Below are positions 28,239 through 38,470 of a stretch of DNA of 64,000 nt, one piece after another. Origin of the DNA: a virus (taxonomy: Duplodnaviria > Heunggongvirae > Uroviricota > Caudoviricetes). The notes under the pieces are model-generated. The model did no database searches. It was not told where the DNA came from and worked only from the letters and a program-made list of their open reading frames with translations. A program made the translations under genes and the position numbers. Numbering within the stretch: the first letter of the stretch is position 1; the number at the start of each line of letters is the position of its first letter. Where the stretch lies: positions 178,490 through 242,489 of the IMG/VR virus record IMGVR_UViG_3300028887_000068. One strand, given 5' to 3'.

Positions 28239-31184
28239 CTATTCAATAATTCTATTTTCGGTTTTTAGGGCAAGAAGCACTGGGCCATTACCCGTTCGTA
28301 ACACAGTTCCAGAAGGATTAACCTTGAGAAAATAGATTACGCTTACTGGCGGTTTTATAAATCCTTCCCCACTTCTCAATGGGAATCTTTCATTAATCGC
28401 CCTGCGGCTAATAAAGCTAGCTTCCTTATAGAGAATGTAATCGAAGTCATATTCGCCAGGTTGTATATCACTAGCCGTGACGATATGAGCAAATACTTCT
28501 TCACGGAAATGAAGAATAGACTCTAAACCAGCTTCTCCAGTATCGTCATCGTCCCCATCAGGAATATCAAGATTCCTCAGAACTTCCGGTTTGTCCAATG
28601 GTGAGTTAGTGAAAGATTCAAGGATGGCATCTGTGCTACCAGTTACTCCATCCTTGAACAAACTCGTGCTAGCCATCTCATTCATTGAGAAATGTGGAGA
28701 GTCCTTCAGAGTAAGACTGCCAAAGACAGCCATTCCGCTATCATCCAAAACAGAGCCGTCTAAGAGGATTCCCTGCTGTTCGGTCTCGTAGAAGAGACCG
28801 TCCATCAGGGTCATCTTATCTTCGCTGCCTTCATTGATCTCCACTTCGAGAGTGTTGTCAGCAGAGGATCTAATCTGAAGAGTGATACTCTTAATGAAAG
28901 CAATCAGGGACGAAGCGAATGCTGCAATAGCAAGGCTATCGAGAGAAGTGAAGCTGATATCATTCAGTTCATATCTACGGAAGATGGCATCGATCTCAGA
29001 AGCGAGACTGGAAGAAATCATTTCGATTTCCGGCAGAGGATCATCGCTTTCATTAATGATACGCATGATTCTGGCAGTAAACTCGGGCTGATTTTCCTTC
29101 AAGTACTTCTCATAGGTGTCTTCGCCAGCATAGTTCTCATTGGAGATATTGTCTTCGGACGCAATGAGGGCTTCCTTAATATGAAGAGCGTTCTTCATTT
29201 CAAAGTAGTTATTAAGACCGTATGTCTTCAGTCTATTATAGAATACTTCGGAGGCTCCGTCTCCTACACCATACTTGAGCAGGGTGTGCTCAGTATCACC
29301 AGAAGAGATTACACGAATGATATCTTTCTCTAATCTATCAATCGTGTTCGCACTGAACGTTGGAACATTACCGAACTTCTGCGAGAGGATACTGTAATCG
29401 ATGGCATAATTACCATGCGGAGTCTTCTTCACAAAGTCCGGGCTATAGTATTCAAGACCTTGTTCGATGTTCTCAACGGCATACTTCATGTCATCAAGGA
29501 ATTCAGAGATAGATTTAAATTCTCTGATGAGATCCGGGATAGAGCTAATACGAGCGAAAAGTTCATCGCGATTCGGGAATTCTTCAGCACCGTATCCAGA
29601 AGAGTCTTCTACGGCACAGACCACAGAAGCAGCCTTGCTAATGGGATCTTCGCTTGTAGGATCCGGTTGAATGATGTTCGTAACCTTCCTGGAAGCAAAG
29701 TCATAGAGCTTTAACGGATCGAGAGACGGGTTGTTAGGGTCATCATTCGTCAAGATGCTGTTAAGCATGATGATGAAATGCTTAAACTCGCGGTTATTGG
29801 AGTATGGGTCTGTAGAGTAACAGTTACCAACAGCGATGTTCTCCGGATTGAGCTTAGTGATAAGCAGTGCTCTGGTATAGACAAATGCTATCATGAGATC
29901 AAACAGAGAGACATTTCCTCTCATTGCAGAAGATTCCACATTGAGACGAGCTGTATTAACATGATGAAGCATTGCGAAGAAGAGAGCAAGCTTCTCTGCC
30001 GAGCTCACAAGGTTATCATTCTTGTATGTGACAGAGATATACTTGGTCTCAAGAACACTAACATCCCTATTAGCCTTGAGCTGTGCTTCCCCTCGGTCAT
30101 CTTCGTTAGGGAACCAGAATCTATCTTCAGATACGAAGTCACTGTAAGCAACTGGAGAAAGTTCGTCTTTGTGAGCTTTAATATACGCAATGCTGTCCTT
30201 AACACTGTAAGGAATCTTGTAGAACTTCAGGCTGACAGAATCCGGATTCGGTTCATCGATAGTATCTTCAGAGAAGAACTTGCTCTTGTATTCGCTATCG
30301 GCGATTTCCTTAACAAGCACGTACTTGTATATCTTGATACTTTCAGACTTGAAGATATCGTCAACTACAATGTCAAAAGCTGCATCAGTAGCTTTTGCGT
30401 TGATAAGTTTGTAGAGAGCCTTAGCCACATCTTCCTTGAAAGAAGACGGGATGATACTATCATTAAAGAAACCGAAACTGTAGAAGAGGTTTCTAAGATC
30501 CTTGGCAGTGTAGTTCTTGTAGATGGTAAGATCCGCAAGTTTCTCATCGAGGTATCTGGTAATAGTCATCACGATGAGAAGGAAGTTAACGAGCTCACGA
30601 TAAGTGTTCGTATACTCGAAAGCCTTATTGAACAATCTCTCCATGAAGAGATTGCGGCATTCATCGTAGATCTTATTGAACCTGAAGAGGTCAATATTGG
30701 AAGTAACTGCGCCAGTGTTGTAAGCGATGATGGACATATCCTGAGCTCTACGAGCATCATACGGATCGCATCCATAGGTATAGAACAACATTCTGTAATA
30801 CGAGTTAGCTTCGTACACATTGCCCCTATACGGAGCAGTGAGATTGCCATAGTTGGTGTTGAAGGCAGCTTCAGAAACTTCTTTCAATCTCCTATCATTG
30901 TTACCAATGTACAGGGAGTTTCTGCGATAGCAATCAATGAAGTAAGCAGTGTTATCCGGAATTGCGTTATATTCGCGCAATTCGCTTGTGGTAAAACACG
31001 GAACACCGTTTTCAATAGGAAGAGTACCTTCGATAGCGGAAATGTAGTTGTTCGCATAGGTAACAGACTTGACACTTTCATGCTGGTCTGCTGAAGTCTG
31101 GTCTTTGAGAATCAGCGTAGAGGCGAAAGTAATCAGTTCCTTTAGGATCTTCGCATCTTGTTTCTGCTTTTCTGCCAAATACAT
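28239..31184 (-). CDS. Putative baseplate/virion structural protein; start revised to MYLAEK
   Basis: LRNLFYSFGF..LYKLINAKAT pattern resembling baseplate wedge proteins; promoter 31205-31216 and SD aaggag. Confidence 0.55.
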   Translation of the reverse strand: MYLAEKQKQDAKILKELITFASTLILKDQTSADQHESVKSVTYANNYISAIEGTLPIENGVPCFTTSELREYNAIPDNTAYFIDCYRRNSLYIGNNDRRLKEVSEAAFNTNYGNLTAPYRGNVYEANSYYRMLFYTYGCDPYDARRAQDMSIIAYNTGAVTSNIDLFRFNKIYDECRNLFMERLFNKAFEYTNTYRELVNFLLIVMTITRYLDEKLADLTIYKNYTAKDLRNLFYSFGFFNDSIIPSSFKEDVAKALYKLINAKATDAAFDIVVDDIFKSESIKIYKYVLVKEIADSEYKSKFFSEDTIDEPNPDSVSLKFYKIPYSVKDSIAYIKAHKDELSPVAYSDFVSEDRFWFPNEDDRGEAQLKANRDVSVLETKYISVTYKNDNLVSSAEKLALFFAMLHHVNTARLNVESSAMRGNVSLFDLMIAFVYTRALLITKLNPENIAVGNCYSTDPYSNNREFKHFIIMLNSILTNDDPNNPSLDPLKLYDFASRKVTNIIQPDPTSEDPISKAASVVCAVEDSSGYGAEEFPNRDELFARISSIPDLIREFKSISEFLDDMKYAVENIEQGLEYYSPDFVKKTPHGNYAIDYSILSQKFGNVPTFSANTIDRLEKDIIRVISSGDTEHTLLKYGVGDGASEVFYNRLKTYGLNNYFEMKNALHIKEALIASEDNISNENYAGEDTYEKYLKENQPEFTARIMRIINESDDPLPEIEMISSSLASEIDAIFRRYELNDISFTSLDSLAIAAFASSLIAFIKSITLQIRSSADNTLEVEINEGSEDKMTLMDGLFYETEQQGILLDGSVLDDSGMAVFGSLTLKDSPHFSMNEMASTSLFKDGVTGSTDAILESFTNSPLDKPEVLRNLDIPDGDDDDTGEAGLESILHFREEVFAHIVTASDIQPGEYDFDYILYKEASFISRRAINERFPLRSGEGFIKPPVSVIYFLKVNPSGTVLRTGNGPVLLALKTENRIIE

Positions 31185-31260
31185 TAGATGACTCCTTATA
31201 AATTCATTATGAAGTTCCGCCATAAAAAGGTGCATAGGCTTTTGACCTATGCACAATTTC

Positions 31261-32094
31261 TTAGAAACCCTTGAGATCTTTGATTCCGGCAGGAATACCA
31301 CCGTGTACGAATCCACCTAGCGGACAGTTGGTAATGATATTGGGAGCCCACTTCTGAGAATCATTAGACTTTAGGCTGATGACCTTAGAATCTAGGTACG
31401 TCTCGTCGGCTGTCACATTTACCTTTGAAGCCTGAACATTGACTTCATTGGCAATGATTTGGATCTTGTCATTATCGAGAGAGATAACAGCAGCATCTTC
31501 GGCTGTATTGATGACAATCTTCTTCTCCTTAGCGTCAACAAGCACACCACTCTTGTCGCTCATCTGGAGGAAGAACTGCTGGTCGTCATTCTCGAATCCG
31601 ATGGTATCGCCATTGATAGTCTCATGGATAAGATCTACGCCAGTGTCACCTTCAATGGTAGAATTCTTCAGAGTACTGCTTCCTTCAACAGCGGGGCCGA
31701 AAGGAAGATAGTACGGGTATCTGATGTCCTCATTGAGGAATATGACAAACACCACAGCACCGATAGGCGGAACGATAAAGCTACCAGTCTCTGCTCTCTT
31801 GTTGGCCTCTTCATCGTGATACTCGAATCGATTGGAAGCACGGTTACACCAAATGAAGTTCGTAGCTTTAAGACCTTGGCTAGTACCGCTGATATTGTCA
31901 TTAGAGTCCTTGTTGTCATTTTTCACAACAGTCTCACGGTTTTCCACTATCTTAGTATAGCTACCCGCAAATGGCATCAATCTCTTAATAGCAACACCTA
32001 CACGACCCTGCTTCTTAGGGTCATCATTCGTGACTACGGTGCCTTCAAAGAATCCAGAAAAATCAAGAGGACTTCTCATTTTGTTATTGAACAT
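31261..32094 (-). CDS. Baseplate hub/central spike (gp5/VgrG-like OB fold plus beta repeats)
   Basis: GTVVTNDDPKKQGRVGV, PPIGAVVFVIF..DIRYPYY, C-terminal CPLGGFVH. Confidence 0.8.
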   Translation of the reverse strand: MFNNKMRSPLDFSGFFEGTVVTNDDPKKQGRVGVAIKRLMPFAGSYTKIVENRETVVKNDNKDSNDNISGTSQGLKATNFIWCNRASNRFEYHDEEANKRAETGSFIVPPIGAVVFVIFLNEDIRYPYYLPFGPAVEGSSTLKNSTIEGDTGVDLIHETINGDTIGFENDDQQFFLQMSDKSGVLVDAKEKKIVINTAEDAAVISLDNDKIQIIANEVNVQASKVNVTADETYLDSKVISLKSNDSQKWAPNIITNCPLGGFVHGGIPAGIKDLKGF

Positions 32095-32165
32095 AAGCTC
32101 TCCTTTCTATTGTGAAGTTTCGAGAATATAAAAACCCGTATCTTGCGATACGGGTCTTTATTACT

Positions 32166-35100
32166 TTAGCGTTCAACAATGAAGGAGAACACGAAGCGTT
32201 CCATGATGTCAACGAACGCCACAGCCACATCAATACGGCAGATTTTCTGCTGGACATCGTAGTCCGTAGAGGAGATCGTCGGAGTGATGTACTTGAATGC
32301 ACCCTGAAGGATGTATTCAGCAGCACAAGAATTCAGTTCGCTCATGAGCTGAGCCTGAACAGTGCCGATAGCGTCCTCGCTGCGGTAGTTACGGCTAATC
32401 TTGAGGAAGTCTCTCTTGACAGCCAAGATAGCACGAACAGCATGGATAAGCGTCAACGGAGTATTCTTCGTCTGAGAAGTCAGTTCGGTTGCGAAGAAGA
32501 CACCTTGAGCGTCACGTTCAATGTAGTTGACCTGATGCTTGTAGAGTTCGCTCATTTCATAGGTCGTCGGCATGTAGGAAATGCTACGGAAGCCAGCGAT
32601 CGTTCCACGGCGAGCGCCCACAAAGTTCTTGGTCTTACCATTTGCCACATCGTTAGACGGGATCTTGGAAGACAAGAAGAACGTCGGAGTAACCTTGATG
32701 ACCTTACCAGACCAGATATCATTCACAACCAGATGCTGGGTGAAGATAGAGGCATAGAAGGTATCGTAGTTCTGTTCATTCTGTCTCTTATCGATAGCCT
32801 GAGTAGCGTTGGCAATAGACAAGCCTTGGTCGAGCAACACAATGCAGTCCTGACGGGTGACAGATGCAAGATCCACCATTGCCTTACGGACAGTTTCATC
32901 GTAGTTAGCGTCGAACATCAAATCGAACTCACAGAGGTTCACGTTGGTGATGAACGGATCAGTCGTACCATTGTAGGCACGGACAAGAGCCTGAGCCAAA
33001 GTGCTCGTGTAAGCAGGTTGACCTTCATCGTCTTCATATTCGAAGCCCCAACCATTACCATACGAACCACCACCGAGATACAGCGAGGTAGCCGGGGTGA
33101 GGGTATTGTAGAACCAGAAGGAGACAAACGGTTCAGTATACATCAACAGATCAGAGTTATCTCTGGAGTAACGAGTCTGGTCGAGCGTGCAACCATCCAC
33201 GTCAGCACCGATAGCACTCATGAGGGAAGTGAACGCATACTGTGCAAGTTCAGTCGTTTCGTACTTTTCACCGAACGTTCTGGTGTTGAATTCATCGAGA
33301 TCGATACGGTTGAAGATGTACTTAATCACAGTGTCAACATCGACGTAGATTTCGTTATCATCTTCGTCAGTAACAACCTTGTTGTTAGCATCCTTCACTG
33401 CAAGCTTCGTTTCAATGAAGTTCTGGAGGTTGTCGTAGTTGACCACGCAAGTCAAGTAAGAAGAGTAGGTGTTCACCACGTCTTCAATAAAGAGGCTTTC
33501 CTTAGTAGCAGCCACAGCATCCGGATCGAAGGATACAGAGAACTGTTCACGAACAATTTCTTCACCCTTGGATTTTTCAATCACGGAGAGCTTGAACATA
33601 CTCCAATCAGGATAAGTACCATCAAAGTTGTCATCGTAGGTCAGAGACACTGCGAGGTTGTTGTACCACTTACCAGAACCCTTCGGCAAGAAGCGGCAGA
33701 ATTCAACAAAGTTAGCAGAGTTCAAAGTAGCCTGGTCTGCTTCCGTGATTTCGTCGCGGATTGCACCAACTACATAACCTTCCTTGGCATCTTCAATCTT
33801 ATCCCAGATGTCGCTGTTCTTGACCTTGATACCGTCTTCGATACGGTATGCTTCATAGTCAGCAGCAGCTTCCGGAGAGAAGTCAGAGAATGTCGTAGCC
33901 ACGAGACCGATCGTGTCATAAAGACGTTCGAGATAGTCGAAGTTGCCTTCGAAAGCACTACCATCGAATTCAACGATCTTGCGAACATAAGCAATCTTTT
34001 CACCCGGAATCTGAGATGCCGTGATGGAGGTCTTGCCTTCGTCAACATCGTCGTATGCACGAAGAGTCAGGTTTTCAAGAGAGTCAGAAACAAACGTGAG
34101 AGCAGCAGTACCATTGAAGCCAGCCACGGACATGTTACCAGAGAGAACTGGAACAAGACCTGCGAACGTGAATTCAAAAGCAGTTCCATAGACGGTGTCG
34201 AGCGTAGCCGTACCAGTCGTAGCACCGTTGGCGAGCTTTTCCATCACCTTGGATACCGGGATGTCAGAAACGACAATGTTCTGCAATCTGCCATTTTCTT
34301 CGGCAGTGAGGTAAGCCGCGATGACGTTCGGGACTTCAGTTGCGTCGATATCCGTTCTGAGCTTAATGGACGTAGTCGTCACATTGTCATTAGTCGTGGT
34401 CACCGTTGTAAACAGTTTACCATAGGACGTACCACGGATGGTGTTGAATTCATCGGCGGTGATAGCCTTAGTAGTATCAACGGTTACAGAAAGCTTACCT
34501 TCAGAAGCGGAAAGCGTATAGAGCGACGGAGTGGCGTTGAAGTAGTTGACATATTCAAGGTCATTGACAGCCAGCTTTCTTGCAGTACCGCCATCTACAG
34601 CAACTTTCCAGTTAGTTTCAGTGGAAACATCAGCACTGAAAGCAACCCTCGTTCTCACGATGCTTGCATACTTGGTTTCCATTGCCTTGACCGGATAGGA
34701 CTTATCGGTCGTCGGAACCATAGCTTCGCTGCTATCGCTCGGCTTGATACGGTTGAAACGATATGCTTCCGGAATAGTCACGGCTTCAGAGAACACCGGA
34801 GAACCATCCACGATTCTCTTCACGTAGAAGAGGGAAACATTCTTCGTTGCGCCAGTTGTTTCTGCTGCATTAACGAGAGCTGTAGCGGTTACTTCATTAC
34901 CAAGCTTGTAGTTGAGGGCATGGAGAGAGTTCCATTCGTCCACTTCAACCTTAGTGAATGCAGTGTTGTCGTTGATGAGATCCGAGGATACCGGAATATA
35001 CTGACCGACAGTTGCTTCCTTGTAAACTTCGTAAGAGAAATCCCAAGATGCTTCATCAGCAGTACCAATCACGAGAGACAGACGGGTCGTAAGCTTTGCA

Positions 35101-36338
35101 GTGCCGTTCGTAGCGGAAGCGACAATTTCATCGCCACCGAAGAAAGTCGTAATATCGACATTTCTGAATACTGCGCGAGCATTGCCAGCAGCGGTTCTGT
35201 TATCCTGCAACCAGAGAGACGTGTGCTTTTCGTCCTTCTTGATTTTAGAACCGAACCCCGGCTTCTTTCCGGTTTCTTCGATTTCGCTTCCTTCAAGTTC
35301 AGCCTTGAACTGGTCTGCGGTAGTAGAACCAACGCGACCAAAGAGAGCTACAAGAGCGCCGTCAAGTGTCGTTGCGATGTCGGTGGTAGCAGCTGCTGCA
35401 TAAATGCGAACCGTACCAGAGAAGATAAGAACATGAGAAGCCTTGTCGGCATCTGCGACATCCGGGTCAACAGCTGCAAGAGCCTGTTCATAGGTTTCAT
35501 ATACCTTGATGGAGGTAGCAGAACCAGCAGTTTCAGTTTCAATAGCCGTACCAACTTCGTCAGTAATGCAGAAATGGTCAGCAAGAATCGTTGCCACAAA
35601 GCTCGTAGCAGACGTCGGATCAGCAAAAGTTACACCGCCAACTTCACCAACGAAGTAACCATTAGCATTGGAGACAAGCTTAATATCTTGGCTGAAGATA
35701 CCAGAAAATTCGACATACGGATTGGAGTATGTAACGACATTCTTCTTAGCCACGGCAGTGATGGTCTTAGTCGTATCAGTGTTCTTGGCCTTGTAGAGTT
35801 CGATTTCATCGAGCGTCTGAAGACGGAGAGCAGTGTTGATAGTACCATTTTCTTCCACGTAGAACAACGGGAGGATAGCGAAATTGCCGGAACGACCGTC
35901 AACAGCAACCTTCTGCTTGTCGTCAGTCTGAGCAAGATTCCAGAGCTTAATCTGGTCAGTCGTCATTTCGAGACGACGATACTTTTCCTGATCGTTGGTG
36001 AAAGCCTGTTCCTTACGGAAACCAATGCCAAGAGAAAGGGCAGCAAATCTTTCATCATCCGGGACTACACGGATCACCCAAGCGCCGCCACCAGCATTGA
36101 TATAATTGAGAGCGTTCAGAGCCGATTGACCGTACTTAGCGTAGGACGGTTCACCGAAGTTGAAGATCCATTCACTCTGAGTAGTGATGTAAGTAGCTTC
36201 ATTCGGCATACCCTTTTCGGCTTCCAAGGCAATGAACATGTTTGTCAAGCCGCTAGACGATACAGTCAGGACGGCATTATCGATAATACGAGCACTCGAG
36301 TGCGGGTGCATGTATTTCGGCAGAGAATCAGCAGCCAT
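32166..36338 (-). CDS. Contractile tail sheath protein with a large internal insertion
   Basis: Sheath N-domain (FNFGEP..YGQ..NYINAGG.AWVIRV), PKGSGKWYN, C-domain (FDANY..RQDC..LYKHQVNY..ERF); strong codon bias. Confidence 0.88.
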   Translation of the reverse strand: MAADSLPKYMHPHSSARIIDNAVLTVSSSGLTNMFIALEAEKGMPNEATYITTQSEWIFNFGEPSYAKYGQSALNALNYINAGGGAWVIRVVPDDERFAALSLGIGFRKEQAFTNDQEKYRRLEMTTDQIKLWNLAQTDDKQKVAVDGRSGNFAILPLFYVEENGTINTALRLQTLDEIELYKAKNTDTTKTITAVAKKNVVTYSNPYVEFSGIFSQDIKLVSNANGYFVGEVGGVTFADPTSATSFVATILADHFCITDEVGTAIETETAGSATSIKVYETYEQALAAVDPDVADADKASHVLIFSGTVRIYAAAATTDIATTLDGALVALFGRVGSTTADQFKAELEGSEIEETGKKPGFGSKIKKDEKHTSLWLQDNRTAAGNARAVFRNVDITTFFGGDEIVASATNGTAKLTTRLSLVIGTADEASWDFSYEVYKEATVGQYIPVSSDLINDNTAFTKVEVDEWNSLHALNYKLGNEVTATALVNAAETTGATKNVSLFYVKRIVDGSPVFSEAVTIPEAYRFNRIKPSDSSEAMVPTTDKSYPVKAMETKYASIVRTRVAFSADVSTETNWKVAVDGGTARKLAVNDLEYVNYFNATPSLYTLSASEGKLSVTVDTTKAITADEFNTIRGTSYGKLFTTVTTTNDNVTTTSIKLRTDIDATEVPNVIAAYLTAEENGRLQNIVVSDIPVSKVMEKLANGATTGTATLDTVYGTAFEFTFAGLVPVLSGNMSVAGFNGTAALTFVSDSLENLTLRAYDDVDEGKTSITASQIPGEKIAYVRKIVEFDGSAFEGNFDYLERLYDTIGLVATTFSDFSPEAAADYEAYRIEDGIKVKNSDIWDKIEDAKEGYVVGAIRDEITEADQATLNSANFVEFCRFLPKGSGKWYNNLAVSLTYDDNFDGTYPDWSMFKLSVIEKSKGEEIVREQFSVSFDPDAVAATKESLFIEDVVNTYSSYLTCVVNYDNLQNFIETKLAVKDANNKVVTDEDDNEIYVDVDTVIKYIFNRIDLDEFNTRTFGEKYETTELAQYAFTSLMSAIGADVDGCTLDQTRYSRDNSDLLMYTEPFVSFWFYNTLTPATSLYLGGGSYGNGWGFEYEDDEGQPAYTSTLAQALVRAYNGTTDPFITNVNLCEFDLMFDANYDETVRKAMVDLASVTRQDCIVLLDQGLSIANATQAIDKRQNEQNYDTFYASIFTQHLVVNDIWSGKVIKVTPTFFLSSKIPSNDVANGKTKNFVGARRGTIAGFRSISYMPTTYEMSELYKHQVNYIERDAQGVFFATELTSQTKNTPLTLIHAVRAILAVKRDFLKISRNYRSEDAIGTVQAQLMSELNSCAAEYILQGAFKYITPTISSTDYDVQQKICRIDVAVAFVDIMERFVFSFIVER

Positions 36339-36494
36339 AATTGGACTCCTTGTATTTGCTAAAGTTAATATTCATAAGACATTTATGAAATATCGATGCT
36401 CATTTTAGAGTTTCTGGAAGGATGATAAAATTGATAGTTTCTTCCTGAGTAAAATTCAGACTGCTGAGAGTATATTAAACTATGAGGTAAGATT

Positions 36495-36614
36495 ATGTTT
36501 ATACTACCAGTCTTATTCATCATGCTTCTTTACGGCATCTTTACGATGCGTAAGAAGATGCTTGTAGCATTTATCGTGGGGGTGCTATATGGCATTATAT
36601 CCAGTTCCCACTAG
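36495..36614 (+). CDS. Small hydrophobic membrane peptide (39 aa, not in the ORF track)
   Basis: MFILPVLFIMLLYGIFTMRKKMLVAFIVGVLYGIISSSH; SD gaggt; TATATTAAACTATG promoter at 36471-36484. Confidence 0.55.
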   Translation: MFILPVLFIMLLYGIFTMRKKMLVAFIVGVLYGIISSSH

Positions 36615-36633
36615 CAGCTACAGGAGGCTGAAT

Positions 36634-36780
36634 ATGGCACAGGTAATCATTGGGGGAATGATCCTCCTTATCTTATTGTTTGTTATGTTGATAGCAACAT
36701 TCCTCATCCCCATTATCCTTATGGGCGGTGGAATCATGTTCTTGTTATACCAGATAGCCTTGCACATGGGCTGCTTCTAG
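36634..36780 (+). CDS. Small hydrophobic membrane peptide (48 aa)
   Basis: SD aggagg before MAQVIIGG; almost entirely hydrophobic. Confidence 0.6.
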   Translation: MAQVIIGGMILLILLFVMLIATFLIPIILMGGGIMFLLYQIALHMGCF

Positions 36781-36827
36781 TATGACAAAAAAAAAATAAG
36801 TGGTCTATACAACCACTTATTTTTTTT

Positions 36828-37559
36828 TTAACAGTGAATGACTTTCTCGAACGGAGAGTCAATACCCTTGATGCCCTTCTTTCCGGCTACACAACCCACA
36901 GACACAGCTGAGGTAACATCTTCGAATGCAATACCGGAGAATGTTGAGGTAACTCTCGGTAATTCCTGAATTCGGATGTTCGTATAGTCAGAATCAGAGC
37001 CAGTTCTACCAGCGATCTTACGATACGGAGTATAGATGTCTTTAGAGCTTCGACACATTTCCCCGATCATAGCTTCAGTAACCGACATAGGCACACCCAA
37101 GGCAGTGCCATTGAGAGATGACACTTCTTTCAGGAAGTTTGCGATATCGGAGTACTTCAGGTTATCAGGGAGCTTACCGCCAAGCAGGAAGTTCAGGAAG
37201 AGTTCAGAGTTCTTTCCGTTCTGCACATTGAGAGCTTCTTGGAACATGACAGAATTACCTTTGATGGTAAATGCCATGTACTCATCCTCTTCGTGAGTAC
37301 CCTTGAATTTTTTCTTCTCTTTTCTAGATTCAGCAAAGGGAATAGTAAGCTTCAAAGGGCAATCAAGCTGCCAGAGTTCCGGCTTGGATGTAGGTGTCTT
37401 GTAAATCTCAATGAAAATGAATCCTATGGTCTTAACCAGTTCGCCTTCGACAACAGAGATTCTCTCATTATCGAAGAAGTACAGAGGGACGTACACCACA
37501 GCTTGCGGAGCTGTAAGATAGTAGTCATTCTCAACACGTTTCAGAAATGGTAATGCCAT
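36828..37559 (-). CDS. RNA polymerase beta' extreme C-terminal fragment (probably virion RNAP)
   Basis: LNG..GVP...TEAMIGEMCR and STFSGIAFED..SAV...VAGK..SPFEKVI resemble the RpoC C-terminal HIEVIVRQM and SFISAASFQET..AG..LKENVI regions. Confidence 0.65.
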   Translation of the reverse strand: MALPFLKRVENDYYLTAPQAVVYVPLYFFDNERISVVEGELVKTIGFIFIEIYKTPTSKPELWQLDCPLKLTIPFAESRKEKKKFKGTHEEDEYMAFTIKGNSVMFQEALNVQNGKNSELFLNFLLGGKLPDNLKYSDIANFLKEVSSLNGTALGVPMSVTEAMIGEMCRSSKDIYTPYRKIAGRTGSDSDYTNIRIQELPRVTSTFSGIAFEDVTSAVSVGCVAGKKGIKGIDSPFEKVIHC

Positions 37560-37586
37560 AGGATATCCTCACTTTCATATTGGAGT

Positions 37587-38462
37587 TTACTTAGATTCGC
37601 TGACATACTGGCCGAGGAGCTTATCAAAGTCTTCGACAGCATGGGCGAATTCTTCAACGATGCTCATATCAAGACGTTCGAAGACATCTTTCGGCAGGGA
37701 TCTAGAAGCCATAGCAGCCACGGAAATGGTACTGAGAGTCTTTGCCAAACCCTTGACGAACTGTCTGGAGTCATAACCGCCGAGTTTGTGGCAGTAATTG
37801 GCTACAGCGATGGCGAAGCAACGATAGAGAGATTCCATCGGAGTCTTCACACAGAAGCGAAGAGCAAGGAGAAGATTCTTGAATGCTGGCTTACCAAGAA
37901 TTTCGTCAACGTACTTGACAGAGGCTTCGAATTTGTCCTTATCATTCCATACGTTGACGATAGCAGACGGACGGACATTTTCTTCTTCGAAGAAGCCCAT
38001 CGTCACTTTCTTCAGCGTAATGCTTTCTTGGAACTGGATATGGTTACGGTGAAGCTTCTGGAATTCGATCTTAAGCTTGTTCTTAAGGGAACTCTTACGC
38101 TTCGAGCCCTTGTATTCCTTCATCTTTTCGTTGATGAACTTATCGAGACCAACGGCATACGGTTGTGCAAGGAAGGCACGGGAGACCTTATGGGCAAGAT
38201 TGAAACCCTTGAGAGTTTCGCCAACGAGAGCCACAGCAGCAGCTTCACGCATGGCAGCAGCTTCTTCCTTTTCATCCTTTCCGCTAGCAGATTCCATGAT
38301 CTCCTGAGCTTTGTCAAGAGCGATGGTTTCATCTTCGCTCATCTGAGAACGGAGTTCAGCGTTGTCCTTAGCAATTTCTTCGGTTTTCTGTTCAAACGAG
38401 TTGATAGCTTCAAGAGCCTGTTCAGCTTGTTCTTCAATTTTCGGTTCCTGAGTTTCGCTCAT
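37587..38462 (-). CDS. Hypothetical protein
   Basis: 291 aa, SD aggag, acidic N-terminus. Confidence 0.7.
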   Translation of the reverse strand: MSETQEPKIEEQAEQALEAINSFEQKTEEIAKDNAELRSQMSEDETIALDKAQEIMESASGKDEKEEAAAMREAAAVALVGETLKGFNLAHKVSRAFLAQPYAVGLDKFINEKMKEYKGSKRKSSLKNKLKIEFQKLHRNHIQFQESITLKKVTMGFFEEENVRPSAIVNVWNDKDKFEASVKYVDEILGKPAFKNLLLALRFCVKTPMESLYRCFAIAVANYCHKLGGYDSRQFVKGLAKTLSTISVAAMASRSLPKDVFERLDMSIVEEFAHAVEDFDKLLGQYVSESK

Positions 38463-38470
38463 GGTTACTC

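Noticed and set aside
32112-36362. 1416-aa antisense ORF over the tail sheath
   Set aside because: It is the exact antisense frame of a highly codon-biased gene (scarce TTA/CTA/TCA codons remove stops); it has no promoter or protein motifs
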